A stretch of DNA of 64,000 nt, from positions 7,898 to 71,897 of the forward strand of contig CAUTAH010000005.1 in NCBI GenBank assembly GCA_963536345.1. The letters run 5' to 3'. The notes under the pieces were generated by a model. The model ran no database searches, was not told the DNA's origin, and was given only the letters and a program-made list of their open reading frames with translations. Below are positions 52,547 to 62,804 of the stretch, piece by piece. The stretch's first letter is position 1. Each line of letters opens with the position of its first letter. The stretch comes from an uncultured Actinomyces sp. (GTDB lineage: Bacteria > Actinomycetota > Actinomycetes > Actinomycetales > Actinomycetaceae). The translations under genes and the position numbers were made by a program.

Positions 52547-53274
52547 TGGGTGCGTCCTTCCGAATTTTCCATTGCCGAGGCCGCAGGTGCGAATGCGCCG
52601 ATGGAGGCAGTTTCCCAGTGGAGCGGCTCTGGAGCTGAGTGAAGCTGAGGGGTGATCGATGCGATCATGTGCGGGACTAAAAGCTGAGCAGCCTGGGTCA
52701 CATCGCTGGAGATTCCTTCCCATGACAGGGAAGCAACGTCTGCGTCGGTCAGGCCGCAGGGAATAATGCCGCTGAAGGCATACTGGGGGTCGATATCGAC
52801 ATTAAGAGCAATTCCGTGCATGGTTGCGCCTCGCGCGACCTTCAAACCGATTGCACAAATCTTTCGGTCGCGGCCTTGGTCGCCGCGAAGCCATACCCCT
52901 GCGCGGCCTTCAATGCGTTCTACGGGAAGTCCCCATTCTTCGCGCAGAGTCTCAAGGACCCCATTTTCAACGCTGCGGATCCATGCGTATAGATCGACGG
53001 GCTGACGAAGGCGCACGATCGGGTAAATAACGACTTGCCCGGGACCATGCCATGTCGCGGAACCCGCACGATCAACGTGGATGACGGGCAGCGTTGAATC
53101 GGGAATATCTTGGGGTTTTGTATGGCGTCCTGCTGTCCATGCCGGGGCAAACTCGCCGACGATCAGGGTGTCTTCCGCCTCGCCGCGGGCGACCTGGTCA
53201 TGAAGCGCATGCTGGTAGTCGTTCACGGCGGAGTAATCAGTCAGTCCACTGGGGATGAGATTCAAAATCCGCAC
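52543..53274 (-). CDS. lipB: Octanoyltransferase
   Basis: [31 protein letters not shown]. Confidence 0.95.
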   Translation of the reverse strand: MRILNLIPSGLTDYSAVNDYQHALHDQVARGEAEDTLIVGEFAPAWTAGRHTKPQDIPDSTLPVIHVDRAGSATWHGPGQVVIYPIVRLRQPVDLYAWIRSVENGVLETLREEWGLPVERIEGRAGVWLRGDQGRDRKICAIGLKVARGATMHGIALNVDIDPQYAFSGIIPCGLTDADVASLSWEGISSDVTQAAQLLVPHMIASITPQLHSAPEPLHWETASIGAFAPAASAMENSEGRTQ

Positions 53275-53317
53275 TCTTCGATTTTAGAGGCGTGCTAGGT
53301 GCATTTCCTGAGCTTAG

Positions 53318-53337
53318 AGTGGGACATTCGTCCCACT
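53318..53337. promoter_or_regulatory. Palindrome between the divergent lipB and Nif3-like genes
   Basis: AGTGGGAC-ATTC-GTCCCACT. Confidence 0.5.
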
Positions 53338-53373
53338 GCTGTGACCTATCATGCATCCGGTTAGACTGAAGCC

Positions 53374-54219
53374 ATGACGCAATGGACCGTTGACAGCATA
53401 CGAACGCTGATGAATCAGTGGTATCCGCCCTCGACGGCGCATGGGTGGGACAAAGTTGGACTCATTACCGGCGCGCCTCAGGCACCGGTTCACAAAGTGC
53501 TTCTGGCATTAGACCCCACGCAAGCAGTGGTTGATGAGGCATGTCAGTGGGGCGCTGACATGGTCATCACCCATCACCCGCTCCTCCTCAGGGGAGCGTC
53601 GTTCCTTTCGGAAGAAAGCGCGAAAGGGCGAATGGTCGCCACTCTCAATCGTTCCCGTATCGCTCTTTTTAACGCGCACACCAACGGGGATGTTGCAATC
53701 GACGGGGTGGCGCAGGCCTGTGCAGACGTCATCGGTCTGAAGGACACCGAAGTTTTAGCCCCCGAAGGGACGAATGATCGGGGGCACATAATCGGGCTTG
53801 GGCGCATTGGTACCGTTTCTCCGATGAGCCTACGGGAGTTCGCGCGTGTTGTTGCACAAGCCTTACCAGCAGGCCCAACAGGACTACTCGTCGGCGGTGA
53901 TCTTGACGCGACAATTCACCGAGTTGCGGTGAGCCCGGGAGCGGGAGATAGCCTGCTTGACCTAGTCCTTACCAGCGGGGCAGATGTCTTTATCACCGCT
54001 GATCTACGCCATCACCCCGCCAGCGAATTCCTCGAAGAAGGGCATTGCGGCCTAATTTGTGCAAGCCACTGGGCAACGGAGACACTGTGGATGCCGGTAC
54101 TTGCTCGCAAATTGAGGGAAGAAGCACGCCGATCAGCTATCACCTGTGAGGTGAAAGTCTCTACCATTGTGACAGAGCCGTGGAACGTTCATTTGAATAC
54201 GGAGGGAAGTTACCTGTGA
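53374..54219 (+). CDS. Nif3-like (DUF34) dinuclear metal protein
   Basis: WDKVGL, ITHHPL, AHTN, ADLRHH, HWATE. Confidence 0.93.
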   Translation: MTQWTVDSIRTLMNQWYPPSTAHGWDKVGLITGAPQAPVHKVLLALDPTQAVVDEACQWGADMVITHHPLLLRGASFLSEESAKGRMVATLNRSRIALFNAHTNGDVAIDGVAQACADVIGLKDTEVLAPEGTNDRGHIIGLGRIGTVSPMSLREFARVVAQALPAGPTGLLVGGDLDATIHRVAVSPGAGDSLLDLVLTSGADVFITADLRHHPASEFLEEGHCGLICASHWATETLWMPVLARKLREEARRSAITCEVKVSTIVTEPWNVHLNTEGSYL

Positions 54220-54944
54220 AAGCGCCTCACCCCCAGCAATTGGTCTTACTCGAGCTGCAAAAGCTCGACCAGAAAGAATCTTCGCTCCGCCACCGTCGTC
54301 AAGCCCATCCCGCACATGAAACTGTGCGCGAACTGGCTGCTCGTCTTGCTGATCTGCGCCGTGCAGCAGTGTCGCAAAGCGCTGTGATTTCAGACTGTGA
54401 GCGCGAGAGCAGACGCATCGAAGACGAGATTGAACGCGTGCGCCAACGTCGCGATCGTCAAAGCGAGAGAATCGAAAAGAACCAGGTTCCCTTGCGCGAT
54501 ATTAATTCCATGCAGCACGAGATCGCGCAGATGGACGAGCGCATCAAGCGCCTCGAGGAAGACCAACTTTCCGCAGAGGAACGAACCGATGCGGCAAGAA
54601 ACGCTCAAACTCAGATGAACGCTGAAGCAGAAGCAATTGAAGCCGATATTGAATCGACGAAGGCTCGTTTCCTTGAAGAAACCGCCGAACTTGATGATGA
54701 ACTTCGCAGCGTGATTGCGCAGCGTCGTGAGCGTGCTGCTCAGATTGATGCTGCTCTTCTTGAAGAATACGAGGCCGCGCGTGACAAGAATGGTGCCCTT
54801 GCAGTGATCGAGGTACGCGACGGTAACGCTATGGGCTTTGCTGAGCTTTCCCCGATGGAACTTGAGCGTATCCGCCTCACTCCCAGCGATGAACTCTACT
54901 TCGCGGAAGACACCGGGCAGATTGTCGTTCGGACCCGAAGCTAA
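54216..54944 (+). CDS. CT398/DUF164-like coiled-coil protein lacking the zinc-ribbon cysteines
   Basis: (M)KAPHPQQLVLLELQKLD start, long coiled coil, LLEEYE; coupled to the Nif3 gene. Confidence 0.8.
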   Translation: MKAPHPQQLVLLELQKLDQKESSLRHRRQAHPAHETVRELAARLADLRRAAVSQSAVISDCERESRRIEDEIERVRQRRDRQSERIEKNQVPLRDINSMQHEIAQMDERIKRLEEDQLSAEERTDAARNAQTQMNAEAEAIEADIESTKARFLEETAELDDELRSVIAQRRERAAQIDAALLEEYEAARDKNGALAVIEVRDGNAMGFAELSPMELERIRLTPSDELYFAEDTGQIVVRTRS

Positions 54945-54946
54945 AA

Positions 54947-54981
54947 CAAAGAAAGGCCCCGCGATGCGGGGCCTTTCTTTT
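54947..54981. terminator. Bidirectional terminator
   Basis: AAAGAAAGGCCCCGC-GAT-GCGGGGCCTTTCTTT. Confidence 0.85.
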
Positions 54982-55801
54982 ATTCCTCAGCGGTGATCAG
55001 AGTCAGAGTGCGCGTACTTCCACGGAGTCGAGTTGAGCGCGGTGGCGACATTTCGATCGCCTTTACGCGGCTTGTCACTCCGCGTGCATCACAGGTACAA
55101 ATCCTGGGAATGATGTCGTGGAGGGCTTCTTTAAGTTCTATTTCCGAAGTGATGGTGGAGGACGCCGGTGCCAGCGCGGCAGCGAGGATTCCGCGCCACT
55201 TCTTCGCATTGTGCGAGACAACGCTTCGTTTCCCGTTTTTCTCGCGCTCAACGCGGACATCCCACAGATGCGCCCACTGAGCCGAGCAAGCATTCTTGTA
55301 GTCACTAGAGCGGCAGTCAAGAATCGTGTGCTCAGCATAGTGATCCTTGAGTTCTTCGTTGAGGACTCGGCGCCACAGGGCAGAGACTTTGCCCAACGTA
55401 GGCAAAGTTGCGCCCATCGCGAGGCGGTGGAGAGGAATCATGTCATCAGCACGAAGCACTCCAAACACTCCCGAAAAGATGAGGATGCGTCGGGCTTCTG
55501 GTCCTCCCCAGATCGTTGGGTTGTGCTCGCGAAGGGCTTCGTAAAGCACACCAGTAAATACTGTTGACGCTGGGGCGCATGGTTGGCTCATGAGAGCACG
55601 GTTGGCGGCAAGTTCTGCTTCGTGCTTCGCACCGATATTGAAGACGCGCTGCGCTGTGTGCGTCTCGGTGATTTGACCGCAGGCCTTTATTATTTCCGCG
55701 CGAGTCGAATTCAAAATCGGAAACGATAAAGAATCAAGGTTCAGATTGGGGCCATCGCTGGGTGCATTCTTGCCTTCTGAGGGCGGTAACCAGATATCCA
55801 C
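54980..55801 (-). CDS. yaaA: YaaA (DUF328) peroxide-stress protein
   Basis: LPPSEGK, FTGVLYEAL, FSGVFGVLR, DCRS, VVSHNAKKWRG. Confidence 0.85.
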   Translation of the reverse strand: MDIWLPPSEGKNAPSDGPNLNLDSLSFPILNSTRAEIIKACGQITETHTAQRVFNIGAKHEAELAANRALMSQPCAPASTVFTGVLYEALREHNPTIWGGPEARRILIFSGVFGVLRADDMIPLHRLAMGATLPTLGKVSALWRRVLNEELKDHYAEHTILDCRSSDYKNACSAQWAHLWDVRVEREKNGKRSVVSHNAKKWRGILAAALAPASSTITSEIELKEALHDIIPRICTCDARGVTSRVKAIEMSPPRSTRLRGSTRTLTLITAEE

Positions 55802-55844
55802 GACTCCACACTAGTGATAAACGCGCTAAACTTCCCTGTGCATA

Positions 55845-56190
55845 CGAGTTGGCTGGGCGGCCGCGCGACTTTAAGTCTCGAGGAACGTCCGGGCTCCACA
55901 GGGCAGGATGGTGGCTAACAGCCACCCGGGGTGACCCGCGGGAAAGTGCCACAGAAAAGAAACCGCTGCGTAAGCAGTAAGGGTGAAAAGGTGAGGTAAG
56001 AGCTCACCAGCGTTGCGGGCGACCGCATCGGCTTGGTAAACCCCATCCGGAGCAAGACCGAGCAGCAGACGTAAAGAATTGCCCGTTCGATGTCTGCGGG
56101 TAGGTTGCTTGAGGCCATCGGCAACGGTGGTCCTAGATAGATGGTCGCCACTACGGAAGTAGGACAAAACCCGGCGTACAGGCTGACTCG
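55845..56190 (+). ncRNA. rnpB: RNase P RNA (type A)
   Basis: GAGGAACGTCCGGGCTC, GAAAGTGCCACAGAAA, GGTAAACCCC, ACAAAACCCGGCGTACA; CGAGTTGG pairs with CTGACTCG. Confidence 0.95.
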
Positions 56191-56197
56191 AATGCAC

Positions 56198-56231
56198 TTG
56201 AGGGCCGCTTGGCAATCCAAGCGGCCCTCAA
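56198..56231. terminator. Terminator between convergent rnpB and ppgK
   Basis: TTGAGGGCCGCTTGG-CAAT-CCAAGCGGCCCTCAA. Confidence 0.8.
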
Positions 56232-56266
56232 AATTATGGTCGAAAGGGAGAAACCCCTGTCCTGTG

Positions 56267-57019
56267 CTACGCGCGAGACTCGCGTGCGGCCTCGAAAGCT
56301 GCTCCGACGATGCCTGCAGTGTTGCGCAAGATTGCAGGCACAACGGGAGTACGCAGGTTCAAGAGCGGGAGGAACTTCTCGTGGTTGGCGCTCACGCCGC
56401 CGCCGATGACAAAGAGATCGGGGGAGAAGAGCATCTCAACGTGCGAGTAATAGCGCTGAAGACGACCAGCCCACGTGACCCAATCCAGATTCTGTACTGT
56501 TTTTTGGCCTGCCGAAGCCTGAGTCTCGGCATCGTGGCCATCGACCTCGAGGTGGCCGAGCTCCGAGTTGGGGAGAAGGATCCCGTCATTGATGATCGCC
56601 GAGCCGATTCCAGTTCCGAGCGTCGTCACGATAACGACACCGGGAACGCCTCGTGCGGCGCCGTAAATGGCCTCGCCAAGTCCCGCAGCATCCGCATCGT
56701 TAAGGGCGACGATAGTGCGCCCCAAATGACGGTCCATGAGCTCGACGACATCGATTCCTGCCCATGAAGGGTCGAGGTTAGCCATGAAGGGAACGCGCCC
56801 GTGCACGATGGGGGCGGGGAAGGTAATTCCAACCGGAATTTCTGGGGTGACGCCAAGTGTTTCAAGGACCTGACCGCACACCTGTGCAACAGCATCTGGC
56901 GTTGCAGGGGAAGGCGTTTTAATAAGAACACTCTCGCCGGAGTATGTTCCGGTTGTGAGGTCGACAAGTGCGCCTTTGACGCCTGAACCGCCGATATCAA
57001 TTCCGCATGCGAGTTTCAT
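56267..57019 (-). CDS. ppgK: Polyphosphate glucokinase (ROK family)
   Basis: [34 protein letters not shown]. Confidence 0.92.
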   Translation of the reverse strand: MKLACGIDIGGSGVKGALVDLTTGTYSGESVLIKTPSPATPDAVAQVCGQVLETLGVTPEIPVGITFPAPIVHGRVPFMANLDPSWAGIDVVELMDRHLGRTIVALNDADAAGLGEAIYGAARGVPGVVIVTTLGTGIGSAIINDGILLPNSELGHLEVDGHDAETQASAGQKTVQNLDWVTWAGRLQRYYSHVEMLFSPDLFVIGGGVSANHEKFLPLLNLRTPVVPAILRNTAGIVGAAFEAARESRA

Positions 57020-57092
57020 GTTCTTCTCCTTTGAGTGGCCGCATCACTAAGAATAACTGCGATCACAGAGCGGATAAAAATTCGCTTCCGTA

Positions 57093-57977
57093 TCAGGGAA
57101 GAGTCAGGATTTCTGCACCGTCTTCAGTCACGACGATCGTGTGCTCGAATTGTGCCGATCGGCCGCGGTCCTTTGTGACGACAGTCCAATCGTCATCCCA
57201 CTGTTCCCACTCAATTCCGCCCAGATTGAGCATGGGTTCGATGGTGAAAACCATACCTTCTTCCATGACTTCGTTATGTGCAGGCGCCGCATCGTAGTGA
57301 GGGACAATCAATCCTGAGTGGAATGCTTCACCGACTCCGTGCCCGGTGAAATCGCGAACGACACCGTAGTCAAAGCGATGTGCATAGGATTCAATCACTC
57401 GACCGATGACGTTAATCTCGCGGCCAGGACGCACAGCTTTGATGCCGCGCATCATTGCGTTACGGGTACGTTCAATGAGGAGATGGGACTCTTCATCCAC
57501 ATTTCCTACCTCGAACATCGCACAGGTATCGCCGTGAACACCGTCGTAGTACGCCGTGATGTCGACATTGACAATGTCCCCGTCTTCGAGGGGACGATCA
57601 TCAGGGATGCCGTGGCAGATTACTTCATTAATCGAGGTGCACAGAGACTTGGGGAATCCCATGTACCCCAAGCATGACGGATAGGCATTATGCGAAATGA
57701 TGAACTCGTGGCCTATACGATCCAATTCGTCCGTCGTTACCCCGGGACGAACTGCTTCACCGACTACCTGCAGCGCCTGTGCAGCGATACGGCCAGCCAC
57801 ACGGATCTTTTCAATCGTTTCGGGGCTTTTAATATCGCCGGCCGTCACGACTTCGGGACCGGAGTGATACATGTACTCAGGACGGTCGATGTGTGCGGGA
57901 ACCGCACGTCGCGGTGAGATCTTACCGGGCTTCAAAGTTCCAAGCGGAGCGCGCTTTGCGCCAAGTGATTGCGACAT
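57093..57977 (-). CDS. map: Methionine aminopeptidase type I
   Basis: [34 protein letters not shown]. Confidence 0.96.
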   Translation of the reverse strand: MSQSLGAKRAPLGTLKPGKISPRRAVPAHIDRPEYMYHSGPEVVTAGDIKSPETIEKIRVAGRIAAQALQVVGEAVRPGVTTDELDRIGHEFIISHNAYPSCLGYMGFPKSLCTSINEVICHGIPDDRPLEDGDIVNVDITAYYDGVHGDTCAMFEVGNVDEESHLLIERTRNAMMRGIKAVRPGREINVIGRVIESYAHRFDYGVVRDFTGHGVGEAFHSGLIVPHYDAAPAHNEVMEEGMVFTIEPMLNLGGIEWEQWDDDWTVVTKDRGRSAQFEHTIVVTEDGAEILTLP

Positions 57978-57990
57978 TGTTTATTCAACC

Positions 57991-58869
57991 TCATTCACTA
58001 CGGTAGTTATCTGAACCGGGAAATTCGCCACTGCGAACGGCGGAAATATAGCTGCTTGCGGCCGATTCAAGTTCGCGGCCGAGTTCAGCAAAGCGCCGGG
58101 CAAAAGATGGGGACCATGAGGTCATACCAGCCATATCGGACCAGACGAGGACCTGCCCATCCGTATAAGGGCCTGCTCCGATCCCGATCGTGATAATGGA
58201 TAGTTCTTTTGTGAGCTGCGTTGCGACGGGCTCAGGAACCATTTCGAAAACGACTGCGAATGCACCGGCGGCTTCTAATGCGCGAGCATCGTCCATTAGC
58301 TTCTTTGCGCCTTCTCCGCGTCCCTGCATACGCGGTCCCCCCAAGGAATTTTCGGATTGGGGAGTATAGCCGAGGTGCGCGACGACGGGGATTCCCCCGC
58401 CTGCAAGCAGAGCGACAGTTTCAGCTCGCGCCGCACCTCCTTCGAGCTTGACGGCGTGCGCACCGGCTTTCATGAGTCGTGCTGCACTGGCGAAAGCCTG
58501 CTCAGGTGAGGCCTCGTAGGTGCCAAAAGGAAGATCAGCGACGATCAAAGCACGGGAAGCTGCTCGCGCAACGGCGGCAGTTGCGCGTTCCATATCATCG
58601 AGAGTTACGGGAAGAGTAGAGGAATACCCCAGCACAACGTTGCCCAGCGAATCCCCAACCAAAATCATATCGATTCCCGCGCGATCAAAGATCGAGGCGG
58701 TGAGAGCGTCATAAGCGGTCAGCATCGATATTCTGACGCCCTGTTCTTTAGCCGCTTGGAGATGCTGAATACGGATGCGCTTCTTATCCAGCGGTCCACG
58801 TCCGGGCTGTGGCGAGAATGAAGGCAGGGGAGCTGAAGCAGTTGAATCGTCAGCGAGGTAACCCGTCAT
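57991..58869 (-). CDS. panB: 3-methyl-2-oxobutanoate hydroxymethyltransferase
   Basis: MLTAYD, LVGDSLG, ADLPF, VKLEGG, GIGAG. Confidence 0.95.
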   Translation of the reverse strand: MTGYLADDSTASAPLPSFSPQPGRGPLDKKRIRIQHLQAAKEQGVRISMLTAYDALTASIFDRAGIDMILVGDSLGNVVLGYSSTLPVTLDDMERATAAVARAASRALIVADLPFGTYEASPEQAFASAARLMKAGAHAVKLEGGAARAETVALLAGGGIPVVAHLGYTPQSENSLGGPRMQGRGEGAKKLMDDARALEAAGAFAVVFEMVPEPVATQLTKELSIITIGIGAGPYTDGQVLVWSDMAGMTSWSPSFARRFAELGRELESAASSYISAVRSGEFPGSDNYRSE

Positions 58870-59007
58870 TGTTGTCCTTTCGTCGCCCTTTGAGAGTAGT
58901 CCGCACTGCGGCTTCATTCCAGCCGGAAGAAGCTGTTGACCTACAATGGAAGAAATCCTCGTCCTGTCACGAGGCAAAATGCTGACCCAATCATAGGAGA
59001 GTAGGAC

Positions 59008-60099
59008 ATGACCGGCACCGCTGGTGGCCTCAATCCCTTAGATGAGCACGCAATCGAAGAGCTTGTCACTCAGGCAACCCAGGCGATCGCTCACACTGAA
59101 GACCTCGATGAATTGAAGGCCGTGCGCCTGGAGTTTATGGGAGACTCAGCTGCTCTCGTCCAGGCAAACCGCGGTATCGGCAAACTTGACCCGAAAGATC
59201 GCGGTCTTGCCGGTCGTCTGCTGGGATCTGCACGTTCGCAGATTAATGCAGCTCTGCAGGAACGCCAGGAACTCCTTCAAGAGCGTCACGATGCGCAAGT
59301 TTTGGTCAGCGAGGCCGTGGACATCACAATCCCGACCGCTCGCGCTCGCGCAGGCGCCCGTCATCCCCTCGAAACGATCATGGAAGAGATCTCAGATTTC
59401 TTCATCGGAATGGGATGGCAAATCGCCGAAGGACCGGAAATTGAACACGAATGGTTCAACTTCGACTCCTTGAATTTCGATATTGATCACCCCGCACGTC
59501 AGATGCAGGACACCCTTTACATCGATGGACGCAGCGTCGGGGGAGACAGTGAAGAAGACGGTCACCTCGTGATGCGTACGCACACTTCTCCTGTGCAATC
59601 GCGTTCGATCCTTTCTCGAGGCGTGCCGCTGTACATGGCGTGCCCCGGTAAGGTATTCCGCTCCGATGCTCTTGATGCAACGCACACCCCGGTCTTCCAC
59701 CAGGTTGAGGGCCTCGCAATTGATCGCGGGCTGACAATGGCGCACTTGAAGGGCGTGCTCGACCACTTCGCCCGTCACATGTTTGGCCCCGATGCGAAGA
59801 CCCGTTTGCGTCCCTCTTTCTTCCCCTTTACCGAACCCAGCGCGGAGATGGATTTGTGGTTCCCCCAGAAGAAGGGCGGAGCCGGATGGATCGAATGGGG
59901 TGGCTGCGGAATGGTCAACCCGAATGTTCTTCGAGCAACGGGTATCGATCCTGAGGTTTACACGGGTATTGCATTTGGTGTTGGTGTTGAACGCACGTTG
60001 ATGCTTCGTGACGGTATTGCCGATATGCACGACATCGTTGAAGGAGATGTGCGTTTCTCCGAGCAATTCGGTGTTAACGGAATGGGAAGGGGCAACTGA
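59008..60099 (+). CDS. pheS: Phenylalanyl-tRNA synthetase alpha subunit
   Basis: HPARQMQDT, RTHTSPVQ, FPFTEPS, AFGVGVER. Confidence 0.97.
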   Translation: MTGTAGGLNPLDEHAIEELVTQATQAIAHTEDLDELKAVRLEFMGDSAALVQANRGIGKLDPKDRGLAGRLLGSARSQINAALQERQELLQERHDAQVLVSEAVDITIPTARARAGARHPLETIMEEISDFFIGMGWQIAEGPEIEHEWFNFDSLNFDIDHPARQMQDTLYIDGRSVGGDSEEDGHLVMRTHTSPVQSRSILSRGVPLYMACPGKVFRSDALDATHTPVFHQVEGLAIDRGLTMAHLKGVLDHFARHMFGPDAKTRLRPSFFPFTEPSAEMDLWFPQKKGGAGWIEWGGCGMVNPNVLRATGIDPEVYTGIAFGVGVERTLMLRDGIADMHDIVEGDVRFSEQFGVNGMGRGN

Positions 60100-60100
60100 T

Positions 60101-62752
60101 ATGCCAATGGTTCCAATGAGCTGGCTGCGTGACTATGTCGATGCAGACCCGGCGATGACGACCGAAGAACTCGCGGCTGCTTTGGTTCGCGTCGGACTCG
60201 AAGAAGAAACCATCCACCCTGCGCGCGTTACAGGGCCTCTCGTCGTGGGCCGTGTGCTCAGCCGCGAGGAATTCGAAGCCTCGAATGGTAAGACGGTCAA
60301 CTACTGCCGTGTAGACGTCGGAGAACATAATGACGCGCCCGGTACTGGAAAAGAGCCCAGCGATCTTCCCTCGCGTGGCATTATCTGCGGTGCGCACAAC
60401 TTTGATGTCGACGACCTGGTTGTTGTTTCCCTGCCGGGTGCTGTTCTTCCCGGACCTTTCGAGATTGCCGCACGAAAGACTTACGGCCACGTCTCTGATG
60501 GAATGATGTGCTCGGCGCGCGAACTTGGTTTGGGTGAGGACCACAATGGCATCATCGTCTTGCAGAAGGACTTCCCGGATGCAGATCTTCCCGCTGTTGG
60601 CCAGAGCGTGATTTCTTTCCTTGGTTTGGGCGAGGAAGTTCTTGAGATCAACGTGACGCCGGATCGAGGGTATTGCTTCTCGATGCGAGGAGTTGCGCGC
60701 GAATTCTCCCACTCGACGGGTTCGGCTTTCCGTGATCCGGGTCTTGTGGGGACTCTCGTTGAGTCCGTTCCCGAGGCGAACGAGGCCGGTTTCCCCGTTG
60801 TTGTCGCTGATGACGCGCCTATTCACGGACGCTGCGGCGCAGATCGCTTTGTGACTCGAATCGTGCGCGGCGTCAATCCTGCAGCTCCCACTCCTCGTTG
60901 GATGGTTGAGCGGCTTGAAATGGCGGGAATGCGCTCGCTTTCTTTGGCCGTGGATATCACCAATTACGTGATGCTTGACCTTGGTCAGCCGATGCACGCC
61001 TACGATCTTGCTGCTCTTGAAGCTCCGATCGTTGTTCGTCGCGCGCGTCCGGGTGAAGAGCTGACGACTTTGGACGAGGTTGCTCGCACTCTGGATCCTG
61101 AGGATCTAGTCATTTCTGATTCGCCTAGTGGTAAGGAAGGATCGCGCCTTCTGGGGATCGCCGGTGTGATGGGCGGTGCATATTCCGAGGTCGAGGATTC
61201 GACGACGGACATCCTTCTCGAGGCCGCGCACTTCGATGCTGTATCGATCGCGCGTTCCTCTCGTCGTCATAAGTTGCATTCCGAGGCCGCGAAGCGTTTT
61301 GAACGTGGAACTGACCCGCTTCTTCCCGCGATTGCAGCACAGCGCGCTGTCGATCTCCTCGTTCAATACGGTGGCGGTCATGCGGATCCTGCGGTCTTTG
61401 ACCTCAATAACTTGCCTGAACCGACGAGCTATGAGTTCGCACTCAGTGATGCTGAGCGTTTGACCGGTGTCGCCTACACGCCCGAACGCGTCCGTCAGCT
61501 GCTCGAAGAAGTTGGTTGCGCTATCGAGGCCATTGACGATGAACGTGTACGCGTGACGCCTCCCTCATGGCGCCCCGACTTGACGGGAGCCGCTCACTTC
61601 GTCGAGGAAATTGCGCGTCTTGATGGTTACGACAATATTCCTTCGGTTCTTCCGACAGCTCCCGCTGGAACAGGCTTGACGCTTGCCCAGCGAGCACGAC
61701 GTTTGGTCGCCCAAGGACTTGCGCATGCAGGCTTGACGCAGGTAGAGAGCTATCCCTTCGTTTCTGATTCTTTCGATCGCCAGGGAATGAAGGAAGACGA
61801 TCCTCGCCGTCAGGCGGTCAAGCTGCGTAATCCTCTTGCTGATGATGCGCCCTTGCTGCGTACCTCAGTTTTGGACACACTTCTTGACGTAGCGGCCCGC
61901 AACTGCGCGCGCGGGATTCCCTCGGTTGCAATTTATGAAGTTGCGAAGGTGGTGCACAGTCAGGGTGTCGTTCCTACGGGACTGATTTCGGCCGAGCAAC
62001 GTCCCAGTGACGAGCAGCTTGCTGCATTGGAAGCTGGAACTCCTCCGCAGCCGTGGCATGTTGGTGCTGTTCTTGCAGGACAGGCACTCCCGGCAGGCAT
62101 TGTGAGCACTCAGCGTTCTTTCGATTGGGCGGATGCAGTCCAAGCGGTGCGATCGATTGCTGATCAGCTGGGCGTACGTATCGAAGTGACGCGTGCGTGG
62201 CTTGCACAGCCGATGACCCACAAGGGGCCTCGTCTCCCCGAGGCAGCAACGGATCCCGCTGAAGTTGCTCCCTATCACCCGGGTCGGGTTGCGCGAATCT
62301 TTGCGCGAAAGGGTAAGGATTTCGTCGAACTCGCCTTGGCGGGTGAGCTCTCACCGAAGACCTGCAAGGCTTTCGGACTTCCGGCGCGTTCATGTGCCTT
62401 CGAACTGGACTTGGATGCACTGATCGCTCTCATCAGTGATGAGCCTTTGCAAGTCAAGCCTGTTTCGACGTATCCGGCAGCGAAGGAAGATCTTGCTCTG
62501 GTTGTTGCCAACGACCTGCCTGTTTCTCGCGTTGAGCAGGTTATTCGCCAGGCGGCGGGGGCTCTCATCGAGGATCTTTCGCTCTTCGACGTATACGAGG
62601 GCGACCAGGTTCCCGAAGGATTCCGTTCTTTGGCCTTCTCTCTGCGTCTTCGCGCCAGTGACCACACTCTGACTCCCGATGAGGTACAGAAGGTCCGTGC
62701 GGATGTCATCGCAAAGACGGAGAAGGTTCTAGGGGCAACGCTTCGCGGGTGA
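60101..62752 (+). CDS. pheT: Phenylalanyl-tRNA synthetase beta subunit
   Basis: ICGAHN, SDGMMCSARELG, TPDRGY, RFERG, PSWRPD, FDVYEG. Confidence 0.97.
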   Translation: MPMVPMSWLRDYVDADPAMTTEELAAALVRVGLEEETIHPARVTGPLVVGRVLSREEFEASNGKTVNYCRVDVGEHNDAPGTGKEPSDLPSRGIICGAHNFDVDDLVVVSLPGAVLPGPFEIAARKTYGHVSDGMMCSARELGLGEDHNGIIVLQKDFPDADLPAVGQSVISFLGLGEEVLEINVTPDRGYCFSMRGVAREFSHSTGSAFRDPGLVGTLVESVPEANEAGFPVVVADDAPIHGRCGADRFVTRIVRGVNPAAPTPRWMVERLEMAGMRSLSLAVDITNYVMLDLGQPMHAYDLAALEAPIVVRRARPGEELTTLDEVARTLDPEDLVISDSPSGKEGSRLLGIAGVMGGAYSEVEDSTTDILLEAAHFDAVSIARSSRRHKLHSEAAKRFERGTDPLLPAIAAQRAVDLLVQYGGGHADPAVFDLNNLPEPTSYEFALSDAERLTGVAYTPERVRQLLEEVGCAIEAIDDERVRVTPPSWRPDLTGAAHFVEEIARLDGYDNIPSVLPTAPAGTGLTLAQRARRLVAQGLAHAGLTQVESYPFVSDSFDRQGMKEDDPRRQAVKLRNPLADDAPLLRTSVLDTLLDVAARNCARGIPSVAIYEVAKVVHSQGVVPTGLISAEQRPSDEQLAALEAGTPPQPWHVGAVLAGQALPAGIVSTQRSFDWADAVQAVRSIADQLGVRIEVTRAWLAQPMTHKGPRLPEAATDPAEVAPYHPGRVARIFARKGKDFVELALAGELSPKTCKAFGLPARSCAFELDLDALIALISDEPLQVKPVSTYPAAKEDLALVVANDLPVSRVEQVIRQAAGALIEDLSLFDVYEGDQVPEGFRSLAFSLRLRASDHTLTPDEVQKVRADVIAKTEKVLGATLRG

Positions 62753-62804
62753 TCTGGTTGCGCCTTGTTAGGATGAAGCCAGGCTCGTGTGTGAAGGAGT
62801 ATCA

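Noticed and set aside
55734..56343. Several short ORFs on both strands
   Set aside because: They overlap the RNase P RNA gene and are spurious.
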